From a virus (Duplodnaviria > Caudoviricetes), in the IMG/VR virus record IMGVR_UViG_3300037206_000024, positions 1-57,451 of that record: 57,451 bases of DNA. One strand, written 5' to 3'. This document shows, in pieces, positions 17,022 through 26,212 of the stretch. Every line of letters starts with the position of its first letter. The stretch's first letter is position 1. The translations under genes and the position numbers were made by a program. The notes beneath the pieces were generated by a model. It saw nothing but the letters and a program-made list of their open reading frames with translations, was not told the DNA's origin and did not search any database.

Positions 17022-19721
17022 ATGGCTGACGAAAAAACCAGCGTGGCGAGCAGCGTGCCGTCCGCAATGCCCTACGAACAGCCAGAGAAGCCCGAGGACT
17101 CTCCTCTTGGTGTACTAGCTCCTTTTGATTGGTCATCGGAACCGTTCGTGGAACTCTCAGATGAAGCCAAAGGCGCATTGATGCAGTTGGATATCATCTG
17201 CACTAAGACAGATGTCGCAGCACGCAGGTTGGAAGTCGAGCAAGCTTGGGAAGCGATTCATTTTGATAGAGGGTACCAACATCTCCTTAGACGAAAGGGC
17301 GGGGGATACGAACTCCCCGGCACAGCCTCACCGTATGGTGCGAGTCAACAGAGAAACAACAACACAATTTACGACACGAATGTGTATGGCTCCAAGGGGG
17401 ACATTATCGTCGCGGCATTGTCGCGTGAAGTTCCCAAGGTAGAGTTCTTCCCTGCAGATCCCGACTACGGCCCAGACATTGTGGCCGCAGAAGAAGCCGA
17501 GCGCTTCAAAGAGATCTGGGGACGTAACAACAACCTGCGCGCCTTGCTCGTGGAGTGTGCCAGAATTTTCTGGAATGAAGATCGTGTTTTAGCATGGACT
17601 CGCTTTGAATTGAATGGGCAGTTGTATGGCTTCGAGGGAGACAGGGATGGAGAGACTGCCCCGGTAACCGCAGAGGACATCCTCAATCCACCTGATGCAG
17701 TGGCTACAGGCCAAGACGGATTGGATGAAGTGCTGGAGCAATTAGTTCCTCCTGCTGATGAGCAGACTGAAGACCACGATGAAGACGAGGACGATGACAG
17801 TGAGCAGAGCAATGCAAGTCAGCCCGAGGGGTTAGAACCAATTGCTAACAAAAAGCCTAGGGGACGCGAAGTCACGACCCTGCATGGCAAGCTCGATCAC
17901 AAGGTTCCCATCGCGGTGGATAGCATTAAAGACATGCAATTCGTGCAGCTCTTCCAAGATTTGGATGTGGCGATAGCGAAAGCATACGCACCATGGATTG
18001 CGGATAAGATTAAACCGGGTGGAGATGGTCAGTCCGAGGTTGAGCTGGACCGCATCGCCCGTGAGAACACACGTCAAGCTGTGCTCGGTGCGTATGTAAC
18101 TGGAGACTCATTCCAGCGTCACACCGTCGTGAAGCACACATGGTTTCGCCCCTCGATGTTTATGGACGAAAAGGTCAATGACCAAGCAAGAGCAGACTTG
18201 ATGGAGGCGTTCCCTAACGGGGCACTCCTTGTCAAGGTCGGCGCAAACTTTGCGTTTGCCCGTAATGAGAGCATGGACAAGCACCTCGCCATATCTCATC
18301 CATTCTCTGGCAAGGGTCAGAACCGAAGAGCCCTAGGGACTTCCATGATTTCCGTCCAGAAGCGCATTAACGACTGGGTGGATCTCTTAGACGATTATTT
18401 CAAGCGCACAGTATCCAAAAAGTGGATGAATGCCGAAGCATTTGACATCCAAGCCATCCAAGGACAGACCAACGTACCCGGCAGCACTGGAGCATTCCAG
18501 CCGCAGCCCGGGCTCACTACCATGGATCAGTACATCATGATTGAGCCCACGCCACAGCCGCAACCAGCGATGTGGGAAGCTATCAAGTACTTCATTGAAC
18601 AGCTTGCCGATGTCATCACTGGAGCCATGCCGTCTCTATTCGGTGCGGCCACAGGCGAGAATACGGTGGGCAATGCCGAGATCCAACGAGATCAGGCTTT
18701 GCAGCGTGTTGGGTGCCCGTGGAACAATGTGCAAGACCTCTTCGCAGAATGTGCACGCCAAGCAGTTGGGTGCGCAGCAGATTGCCGAGAGGGTCAGAAA
18801 ATCTCTCAGTCATTCAAGGATATCGGAGTGGTGTCAGTAAACACCGCGAATCTCGCTGGCAATGTACTCTGCTATCCAGAGTCCAACCCAGCATTCCCCG
18901 AGTCATGGAACCAGAGAGAAGCAAAACTCATGAAGATGGTAGATGCAAGCAGCCAGAACCCAGCGCTGCAAGCGATGCTATTTTCACCCGAGAACTTGCC
19001 TGTGCTGCAAGATGGCATACGCATGAAGAAGTTCAAAGTTCCCGGTGCAACATCAATCACAAAACAGAAAGCTGAGATGGAGATACTGCTTCGCTCAGGC
19101 CCAATGCCCAATCCTCAAGTACTGAAGATTCAGCAGACCCTGATGCAAGCTGCAGCTGAGATGCAACCCAAATTGGATGCAGGACAGCCCGCTGACCCTA
19201 AGGAAATCGCTATGGTTAAGCAACTGCAGCAAATGGAGCAAACACTTCCTCCGACAGTCAGCACCGTTCCCGTCGCACAAGACGAGAGCGAACTGCATAC
19301 GGTTGAAGCATCTCAATGTTTGGAATGGTTGAACGGCAGCGAGGGCCAGAAGTTCAAATACGGAACTCCGCAGCAACGTGCAGCATATGAGAATGTTCAT
19401 ATCCACTGGCAAGAACATGTCACTCAAGCCAAGAAAATTGCTGCAGCTAATGCTCCGCCGCCTGAACAGAAACCCCCTTCGGAGTCTATATCCGTTGCGG
19501 TAGATAAGATGCCTTCTCCTATTCAAACGCAGCTTTTGGCAAAGCTAGGTGTGCAAAGTACACCTCAAGATTTTGCACAACATCAAGCAGAACAACTGTC
19601 GCAGAAAGTACAAGCCAAGGCGATCCCCGACGCATTGCGCGGGGAAAAGTCGCAACCAGCACCACCCCCAGCCGGACAAGGTGATGCCGGGGCGCAACCA
19701 GCACGACAACTTAGACGATAA
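17022..19721 (+). CDS. Probable portal protein (P22-like, long)
   Basis: 899 aa between terminase and scaffold/MCP, Q/P-rich helical C-terminus, acidic internal insertion; function inferred from synteny and size. Confidence 0.65.
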   Translation: MADEKTSVASSVPSAMPYEQPEKPEDSPLGVLAPFDWSSEPFVELSDEAKGALMQLDIICTKTDVAARRLEVEQAWEAIHFDRGYQHLLRRKGGGYELPGTASPYGASQQRNNNTIYDTNVYGSKGDIIVAALSREVPKVEFFPADPDYGPDIVAAEEAERFKEIWGRNNNLRALLVECARIFWNEDRVLAWTRFELNGQLYGFEGDRDGETAPVTAEDILNPPDAVATGQDGLDEVLEQLVPPADEQTEDHDEDEDDDSEQSNASQPEGLEPIANKKPRGREVTTLHGKLDHKVPIAVDSIKDMQFVQLFQDLDVAIAKAYAPWIADKIKPGGDGQSEVELDRIARENTRQAVLGAYVTGDSFQRHTVVKHTWFRPSMFMDEKVNDQARADLMEAFPNGALLVKVGANFAFARNESMDKHLAISHPFSGKGQNRRALGTSMISVQKRINDWVDLLDDYFKRTVSKKWMNAEAFDIQAIQGQTNVPGSTGAFQPQPGLTTMDQYIMIEPTPQPQPAMWEAIKYFIEQLADVITGAMPSLFGAATGENTVGNAEIQRDQALQRVGCPWNNVQDLFAECARQAVGCAADCREGQKISQSFKDIGVVSVNTANLAGNVLCYPESNPAFPESWNQREAKLMKMVDASSQNPALQAMLFSPENLPVLQDGIRMKKFKVPGATSITKQKAEMEILLRSGPMPNPQVLKIQQTLMQAAAEMQPKLDAGQPADPKEIAMVKQLQQMEQTLPPTVSTVPVAQDESELHTVEASQCLEWLNGSEGQKFKYGTPQQRAAYENVHIHWQEHVTQAKKIAAANAPPPEQKPPSESISVAVDKMPSPIQTQLLAKLGVQSTPQDFAQHQAEQLSQKVQAKAIPDALRGEKSQPAPPPAGQGDAGAQPARQLRR

Positions 19722-19730
19722 CAGGAGAGG

Positions 19731-20360
19731 GTGGCCATGGCCGACAAGAAGCTCATAGCAATATGCCAGCGTCACGGCCAGACCACCCTCAACGCTAAGA
19801 AGTCCTTCAGAGGTCGCCTAGATCCTCCTTTGGATAGCAAGGGATTATCCCAAGCTGAAGATGCAGCTGATGCACTAAAGAATGAGAACATCAAAGTAGA
19901 ACGCGTAGTCAGTTCACCACTGCTTCGCGCGGTGCAGACTGCCGATGCGATTGCGGAGGCGTACAATCTGCCTGTCGTGCAGGATCGAGGCCTCATCAGT
20001 TGGAACGTAGGTTTTCTGGGAGGAAAACTCAAGGAAGACTTTCAGGAATTGCTGGAGTACTTCATCGAGAACAAAAAGTCAGTGATACCTGATGGGGAGT
20101 CGCTGGATGATCTCGAACAGAGAACCTACGAGTTCTTTGACAAGGAACTTCGCAGCGATAAGCTGACGTGTTTCGTTACTCACAATTCAAATATCGTTTG
20201 TCTGCAAAACCAGATCGAAGGCAACACCTCAGGGATTCCAGAAAGCGATGAAGTGAGCGTTAAACCGGGCGGCACTATGGGGATCTACGTGGACGATACC
20301 GGGAAGTACACAGTTGAGGTTTTGTTTGGAAAGGCAGAAGCAGCAGAATTTGGAAGTTAG
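19731..20360 (+). CDS. Histidine phosphatase (phosphoglycerate mutase family)
   Basis: RHGQT..N...G..DPPL...G..QA, SSPLLRAVQTA, GES, VTH motifs. Confidence 0.88.
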   Translation: MAMADKKLIAICQRHGQTTLNAKKSFRGRLDPPLDSKGLSQAEDAADALKNENIKVERVVSSPLLRAVQTADAIAEAYNLPVVQDRGLISWNVGFLGGKLKEDFQELLEYFIENKKSVIPDGESLDDLEQRTYEFFDKELRSDKLTCFVTHNSNIVCLQNQIEGNTSGIPESDEVSVKPGGTMGIYVDDTGKYTVEVLFGKAEAAEFGS

Positions 20361-20380
20361 ACTCAAGGAGAGAACTCAGA

Positions 20381-20626
20381 ATGGCGAAGACTACAGTAAA
20401 AGTGTTCAACGTACTACCGGACTCTGAACAAGAGCAAGAACTCGCGGCATATCTGTCGCAACCCAAGTCCCGAGAGATTTTCACCTCGGCGGTCAACAGT
20501 GGCTTTGGCACAACTTTCAAAGTCAGCCACTTTGTTACGGTCATTACGACAGAAAATGAAGTGCCAGTAGCGCCCAGCAAAAAGCTGGAGGAAGTTAAGG
20601 AGACTCAAGCATGTCCGAAAGCGTAA
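20381..20626 (+). CDS. Hypothetical protein
   Basis: AAGGAG RBS. Confidence 0.6.
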   Translation: MAKTTVKVFNVLPDSEQEQELAAYLSQPKSREIFTSAVNSGFGTTFKVSHFVTVITTENEVPVAPSKKLEEVKETQACPKA

Positions 20627-22059
20627 TCGATTTTGCGGGCTTGGATTCAGCCGCAGCAACAACAGAAGCAGCAGTAGAAGCCCCTGTAGTTGAAACTACA
20701 GAAACTGTAGAGACTCCGACTACCGAAACTACAACTACAGATACCACATCCAGTACGGATGCAGCCAAGAAAGACGCCAAGCAGCAATACAACTCAGACG
20801 GGTCTCCCAAGGAAGCTGCAACCAAGACTGAAGCAGACGACACCAAGGAATTCGGTGAGAAAACACCGAAGGAAATACGCGCAGCCCTGAAAGCCTTCAG
20901 GGACGCTAATCCTGCGAATATCACTGCCACCAAACTTCTTCACGGCCACTTCGAACGTTGGGAAGCGGCCAAGGCCATCTACCCGGGCGGCATCAAGGAC
21001 ATGCAGCAGGCCAAAGAATTTTCGGAGTTAATAGGCGGACCTGAAGGGTACCAGAAGCTGACCGACAAGAGCGCTGCAGCTGACGCCTCAGACGCCAAGC
21101 TGTATGATCCCGAGCAGAATGCATCTTTGATTGAGGATGTTGTGGAGGATTTGCGCGCCCAAGGCAAGCTAGGGAACCTCGGAACTCTGACCTCCGCGAT
21201 GCTGGATGCTGCACAGAAGAATGATAAAGAGGGTTACGACAAAGCTATCGCTGGCCACTTCTACAGCGAGCTGGTCGCCAACAACTTCAATGGCGCACTG
21301 GCTACGCTGGTGGATGCACTGAACGATCCTGATCCAGCCAAAGCTATCGCCGCCGCAAAGCAGATCGTCCTTGGCCAGAACGGCATGAAGGCATGGTTCG
21401 ATAAACAAACTGCCGATAACAAGAAAGCTACGGAAGCTGTGGTTTCCCCCGAGCGTAAGCAGCTGGACGCAGAGCGCGCCAAATTCCTGAAGGAGCAGAC
21501 GGACTTCAAGACCAATCAGACTGAAGCCTTCAAGAACAGTGTAGCCAGCGCTACAGAGAAATCTAATAACACACTGCTCGGCAAATCCCTAGCTCCATTT
21601 CTGAAGATGGAATTCTTCAAGGGTTACGGCAAAGAGAACCTGATGCCTCTGGGCAATACCATCAAGAACAATCTGTATGCAGCCCTCAAGTCCGACAAGG
21701 CCTACCAAGCCCAGATGAAGGCTATGTGGTCAGCCGCAACCCCAGACCGTGCGAAGATCGAGGAGTATCACAAGGCACGCGTGGAATCACTCGCTCCCGA
21801 ACTCGTCAGAAGCACAGTCCAATCAATGTATCCGAGCTATTCTCGCGGTGGTGCCGCAGCAGGACGTGTGGCCGCAGCTGCCGACAAGAAAACCGTGCAG
21901 ACCAAGGTGGAGCAGACCGCTACAGCCGCAGGCAAGCCCGTTTATGTTGCCGTGAAGCCTAAGGATCTGGACCGTGAACGTAAAGGTTGGGAGATCGAAG
22001 AAATCAATGGCCGTGGTTACCTCAAAGGTAGCAACAAATGGGTAACATGGCGCAGGTAA
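20611..22059 (+). CDS. Probable capsid scaffolding protein
   Basis: Acidic T/E-rich disordered N-terminus, helical body, basic C-terminal tip, upstream of MCP; inferred. Confidence 0.55.
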   Translation: MSESVIDFAGLDSAAATTEAAVEAPVVETTETVETPTTETTTTDTTSSTDAAKKDAKQQYNSDGSPKEAATKTEADDTKEFGEKTPKEIRAALKAFRDANPANITATKLLHGHFERWEAAKAIYPGGIKDMQQAKEFSELIGGPEGYQKLTDKSAAADASDAKLYDPEQNASLIEDVVEDLRAQGKLGNLGTLTSAMLDAAQKNDKEGYDKAIAGHFYSELVANNFNGALATLVDALNDPDPAKAIAAAKQIVLGQNGMKAWFDKQTADNKKATEAVVSPERKQLDAERAKFLKEQTDFKTNQTEAFKNSVASATEKSNNTLLGKSLAPFLKMEFFKGYGKENLMPLGNTIKNNLYAALKSDKAYQAQMKAMWSAATPDRAKIEEYHKARVESLAPELVRSTVQSMYPSYSRGGAAAGRVAAAADKKTVQTKVEQTATAAGKPVYVAVKPKDLDRERKGWEIEEINGRGYLKGSNKWVTWRR

Positions 22060-22155
22060 GAGCTTAACCTCAGGGCATAACCTCTGGGGAAAGGGGTCTG
22101 GGGGTGCCTAGGGGAAACCCTGAAATCCCTAAGGTTAATCCTAGGAGAAAATCAA

Positions 22156-22422
22156 ATGCCAGTAGTTCCTTTCGCAACTTCGCGTACGGGGAAACCCCTT
22201 AACGTCGGAGACACAGTTTCAATTTCAGGCACCATCGTTGCCATCACCGGCACCGGGGCGACCGCCAACGTAACAGTACAGATGGCTGGTGCGACTAATG
22301 GTCCCATCGACACGGTTACTGGAGCCTATCAGTATTCCCTAGGGGTTCCCTTGGCTGGCGGAACTAACGCACCTGCTACGGGTGTGTATGGCTCTGATTG
22401 CACCAGCGCACAGACGCTGTAA
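22156..22422 (+). CDS. Small beta-rich protein (paralog of 46418 and 46750), possible virion decoration protein
   Basis: GKPLNVGDTVSISGTIVAIT motif shared with the paralogs. Confidence 0.6.
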   Translation: MPVVPFATSRTGKPLNVGDTVSISGTIVAITGTGATANVTVQMAGATNGPIDTVTGAYQYSLGVPLAGGTNAPATGVYGSDCTSAQTL

Positions 22423-22432
22423 ACAACATGGA

Positions 22433-22481
22433 CCCAGCGCACTGGGAAGGGCCGTGAGAATCGGCCCACACTTTAAGGAGG
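22433..22481 (+). ncRNA. Two-hairpin repeated motif, copy 1
   Basis: CCCAG/CTGGG-AA-GGGCCG/CGGCCC-ACAC-TTTAAGGAG; near-identical copy at 46693. Confidence 0.55.
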
Positions 22482-22510
22482 TTCATATGAGATCCCTGTA
22501 GGAGGTCAAT

Positions 22511-22837
22511 ATGAGCAGAAGCTACAAGCACCAACCATTCATGGCAATATGCGGCGTATCAGCCAAGCAAGACAAGCGTTTTGCTAATCGTGGCGTGCGT
22601 CGTGCGCATAGATTGGCACTGCACAAGGCAACAAAATCTGAGGACTATGAAGACTTTGTTCTTCCACACAGACTAGAATGTGCATGCAATGAAGTTTATG
22701 GATGGGGCAGAGATGGCCATCAAATTTACCAAGCATTAGATGACAGAGATTGGCAGCGTTATTTAGAGGCGGATTCTGAATCTGATTTTTTTGGGTCTTG
22801 GCCTCCGAAGTGGTTTGTACAGATGATGAGAAAATAG
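22511..22837 (+). CDS. Conserved phage hypothetical protein
   Basis: MSRSYK...DKRFANRGVRR; GGAGG RBS. Confidence 0.7.
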   Translation: MSRSYKHQPFMAICGVSAKQDKRFANRGVRRAHRLALHKATKSEDYEDFVLPHRLECACNEVYGWGRDGHQIYQALDDRDWQRYLEADSESDFFGSWPPKWFVQMMRK

Positions 22838-23072
22838 TCAAGGAGCCCGTGTGGCTCCGCAGTACTCTGATGTGCTTCCAAGGCACGACGTACGTCAGGG
22901 TACTACGGAGCTACATCTAAACCTCTCATGCCGACTTCCAGAATGGTCTCGAAGACTCTTAAACTCGACAAGGAACAAGGGATGAAAACAGTATGACTCA
23001 GCGTTAGCCCAGTTGACCCTTTAGAAAGGTCTGCTACGTGGGACTTCCGCAACACAAGAAAGAAACAATAGT

Positions 23073-25526
23073 ATGCCTTTACTCGAAGCAGCTGTTGAAG
23101 CAGTTGAGCTTGACGCCTTTGCGAAAGAGATCCCAGATCTCGTTTTTCATGGCACCACAGGCTACAGCTTGTTCAAGGCTGAAGCAACAAATGTTCCCGT
23201 GTCGAACCAGTCTAACGCTGGCGGCACCGTGCGAGCATCGTTCCGTGTGCCGTTCCGCGTGCAGGCTGGCGCGGCAATTTCGCAGGGAACCGGCAACGCC
23301 GATTCCATGGGTCGCGGTACGGGCTCGCAGTGGGCATCGTTCGCGTTGGCTCCCGTGTACCTGTTCAACGTCTGCGAAATTTCGTGGCTTGCTCAGGCTT
23401 CCACGGACTCCAAGCAGAAGGGTCTGTTCGCCGTTCAGTCCAAAACTTTAGCGGCTGCTGTCAGATAACACAGCGACACTTGACTAAATCGGTGAAAACC
23501 TCTATAATAGAGACAATACCGAGGAAAGACAGAATGTCTTATCAAACAAAGCTTGCATATCTCGCAGGTTTCTTCGATGGTGAAGGCTCGTTCTCAATAT
23601 GCAGAACCCGTTCCACCCTCAGAACCATGGCTGATGGAAGCAAAAAGAAATACGTCGTTTACAAACTGTGCGTATCCTGTACCAACACAAACAAAGAAGT
23701 GCTGGACTGGATGGCTTCCAACTTCGGAGGCAAAGTGTACATGAGTAACCAAGAGAATAGAAACCCAAAGTATCAGCCCCGTTATGGTTGGGTAATCAAC
23801 AACAACGAGGAAAGGGAACGTTTTATTCTTGGCGTACTTCCTTACTTGAAGGTAAAAGCAGAGCAAGCAAAGATTGCTCTTGAATTTATCCGCTTGTATA
23901 AGCAAGAAGATGTAGAGGAGAAAAGGAACGAGCTTAGGCATAAGCTTCAGGTTCTTAATCACAGCTACAGACTTCGTTCTGAATCCGTAGAGACTACACG
24001 TCAGGCACCTGAAGAAGGTGAAGATATAGTCCGATCTGCACAGTGATGTGCAGAAGCTGACAGAAATGCTCAGCTTTTGTCAGAAGTATGTAACAAACTT
24101 CTTTCAAATAACAAATTGTAAAGCTCAGGAAATGAAGAACTCTCTCGACGCCGCAATGCAGGGCATCGAAGGTCTCATCAATGGCGATGGCTCGGGCATG
24201 ATCGATCAGATCCCCGCAGCGGCTGTCATTACCACAGGCGCGGCATCCAGCATCGCTGGCATGAACGTCGCAGTGGCGTTTACGGATCAGCAACAGGTCA
24301 ATTTCTACAGCACGGGTGGTGTTCTCCGCGCTGGTGGGCCTGCGACGATCTCGTACTCTGACGGCCCCAGCAACACGCTGTTCTTCAGCACCAACTTGGC
24401 CAACATCATCGGTCTGGCTGTCACAGACTTTGTTGTAGTCAACGGTGCCACGTACGGTGCAGGAAATTCCCTCTTGGGCATCCGTGCTTGGGACGTGAAC
24501 TCCAACACCGGCACTATCGCTGGTCTGAACCGTGCGACGTACCCCGGTCGTTTGTCTACCCCCACCATCAACTTGGGTGGAGCGGCAATCACCCCGGGCA
24601 TCGCTCAGCGCGCTGAGGTTCTCCTCGGACGTGCACTCGGTCCCGATGCAGAGAGCATCAAGTCGGGCATTTGGTACGGCCCGCCTGAGCAGGCTTTCGC
24701 TCAGAGCAACCTGATGTATAATGTTCAGATTGCGAATGCTCAGGAAATCAAGGGCGACAAAACCCTCGACATGAGCAAGAAGTATTTTTCGGATTAACAA
24801 AATAGTCCCTTCGCACAGAAATGTGTGAATGATAACAGAGAGAATTCATGGAAACACCCGTAAGGGTCAATCATGAGCCGAGCCGCTTTACAATCGGAAG
24901 GTGCAACGACTATCCCGCAAGGGAGTAGGGTCCAAGTGGACTCGAAGCACTCTGCATCCTGAAAAGGATGATGATATAGTCTGAGCTTGCAGGTAACTGC
25001 AAGAGTTCGAATGGAAACGATTCGAGCGCAACATAACTGACTTTTGGTGGACGTAAGTATCACAAGAGCTGGACAGCAATCAACAATCGCATGGACCTGT
25101 TGGTACTTGACAACTGGTACATTGGGGAATTGAGCCCGCTGGAACTGTATGACTTTGGTGGAGGCAACGTGGTCGCACCCGTGCCCGATATCAATGGTCA
25201 GGCAGGAACATCGAGCTACTTGACCTCGCACATGTTTGCTTACAACACCTGCTTTTAAGAAAAGTTGGAGCAGAATAAATTTCTTCTGATTGACTCGAAC
25301 GCTGAAATGCCAACGAGGCGGAACCCGCAAGGGACCGTGAGAGACTAAGCGAAGAAACGCCCGCGAGGGTGATGCAATAGTCCGTGCTCATGGGAACAAA
25401 ACCATGAGAGTACAGCAGAAATGACTGTGCCACTTACCTTGTAAGTGTAACAAACCAAGTAACTTAGCCAACGCCGCCCCGCGAGCTGGTTTATATGTCC
25501 AGAACGCAGCGGTCCCAACAGTCTGA
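23073..25526 (+). CDS. Major capsid protein, spliced from 4 exons (23073-23434, 24119-24794, 25040-25254, 25460-25526; 439 aa)
   Basis: Exons total 1320 nt in one frame: ...GLFAV|KAQEMKN...KYFSD|TFGGRKY...YNTCF|NLANAAPRAG...PTV*; size and position after scaffold fit a P22-like coat protein. Confidence 0.82.
23435..24118 (+). mobile_element. Group I intron 1 of MCP gene (684 nt) with LAGLIDADG ORF
   Basis: P1 GCCGU/GCGGC (U.G); P10 CUUUA pairs exon-2 UAAAG; AAAUCGGUGAA, GUAGAGACUA and GAUAUAGUCC core; terminal G 24118. Confidence 0.88.
23534..24046 (+). CDS. Intron-encoded single-motif LAGLIDADG homing endonuclease (170 aa)
   Basis: LAYLAGFFDGEGSFSI motif, FGGKV, LPYLKVKAEQA; GAGG RBS. Confidence 0.9.
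   Translation: MSYQTKLAYLAGFFDGEGSFSICRTRSTLRTMADGSKKKYVVYKLCVSCTNTNKEVLDWMASNFGGKVYMSNQENRNPKYQPRYGWVINNNEERERFILGVLPYLKVKAEQAKIALEFIRLYKQEDVEEKRNELRHKLQVLNHSYRLRSESVETTRQAPEEGEDIVRSAQ
24795..25039 (+). mobile_element. Group I intron 2 of MCP gene (245 nt, no ORF)
   Basis: P1 GGAU/GUCC; core closely similar to the terL intron; terminal G 25039 restores frame. Confidence 0.9.
25255..25459 (+). mobile_element. Group I intron 3 of MCP gene (205 nt, no ORF)
   Basis: P1 CUGCUU/GAGCAG; P10 AAGUUG pairs exon-4 UAACUU; GAGAGACUAA / AAUAGUCC P7 elements; terminal G 25459. Confidence 0.85.
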
Positions 25527-25555
25527 CCCTAAAGGACTTAGACTGGTTTTACAGT

Positions 25556-25584
25556 TTGATTTGTACTGTGACGACGGTTATAGT
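25556..25584 (+). promoter_or_regulatory. Possible sigma70-like promoter for the downstream endonuclease
   Basis: TTGATT-17 bp-TATAGT. Confidence 0.5.
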
Positions 25585-25590
25585 ACACTA

Positions 25591-25648
25591 AGAGTAGGGA
25601 GATCTGCTGTCACAGGTCTCCCGCTCTACCTTGACAGAGGAGAACAAA
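25591..25648 (+). ncRNA. RBS-overlapping pseudoknot element, copy C
   Basis: P2 GAGTAGGGAGATCTG/CAGGTCTCCCGCTC; loop CTGTCA (25607-12) pairs TGACAG (25632-37) adjoining GAGGAG. Confidence 0.72.
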
Positions 25649-26212
25649 ATGAGAGTAGAAGGAAACCCAAAACCACAATATGCGAATGTGCCTGCGGAAG
25701 ATAAGCAGGCGGCATACAGCAAAGCGTATTACGAGAAGAACAAAGAAGCGCGGCGAGAAGACTCTAAGGCACGTTCTGCTGTATTCAGAGCAGAAAACAA
25801 GGAAGAAGCCAAACGTCGTGCCAGTGCTCACTGGCACTCTAAGTCTCCCGAAGAGAAAGAAAGATTGGGAGCAGAACGTAGACTCAAAGGAAGATTTAAG
25901 AGGAGCACAGAATGGTACAATGAAACCCTAAAATTACAGGGTGGGCATTGTGCGCTCTGTATCGTTGTACCAACTGATAGACGACTGCATGTTGACCATG
26001 ACCACGCGTGCTGCCCTTGCATTGATACTCGGTACACGTGTGGCAAATGTGTCAGAGGATTACTCTGTGACGGATGTAACACACGCATAGGCTATCTGGA
26101 GGGTCTCCTTAAAGAAGCGGATCCGTTCGTACCCAAAGAAGGTACGTGGACATCCCTAGCATTGCAATACTTGACTCAGTACGACACCGAGAGGTGTGGA
26201 GGGACACGATGA
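25649..26212 (+). CDS. Endonuclease VII-family homing endonuclease
   Basis: CALC...LHVDHDH..CP...CGKCVRGLLCDGCN; basic helical N-terminus. Confidence 0.85.
   Translation: MRVEGNPKPQYANVPAEDKQAAYSKAYYEKNKEARREDSKARSAVFRAENKEEAKRRASAHWHSKSPEEKERLGAERRLKGRFKRSTEWYNETLKLQGGHCALCIVVPTDRRLHVDHDHACCPCIDTRYTCGKCVRGLLCDGCNTRIGYLEGLLKEADPFVPKEGTWTSLALQYLTQYDTERCGGTR

Noticed and set aside
23330-23533. N-terminal extension of the LAGLIDADG ORF as given in the ORF track
   Set aside because: Overlaps MCP exon 1 in another frame; the RBS and motif position support ATG 23534
23994-24800. 268-aa minus-strand ORF (also 28744-29613 and similar antisense ORFs)
   Set aside because: Antisense shadows of well-supported plus-strand genes, with no motifs or RBS
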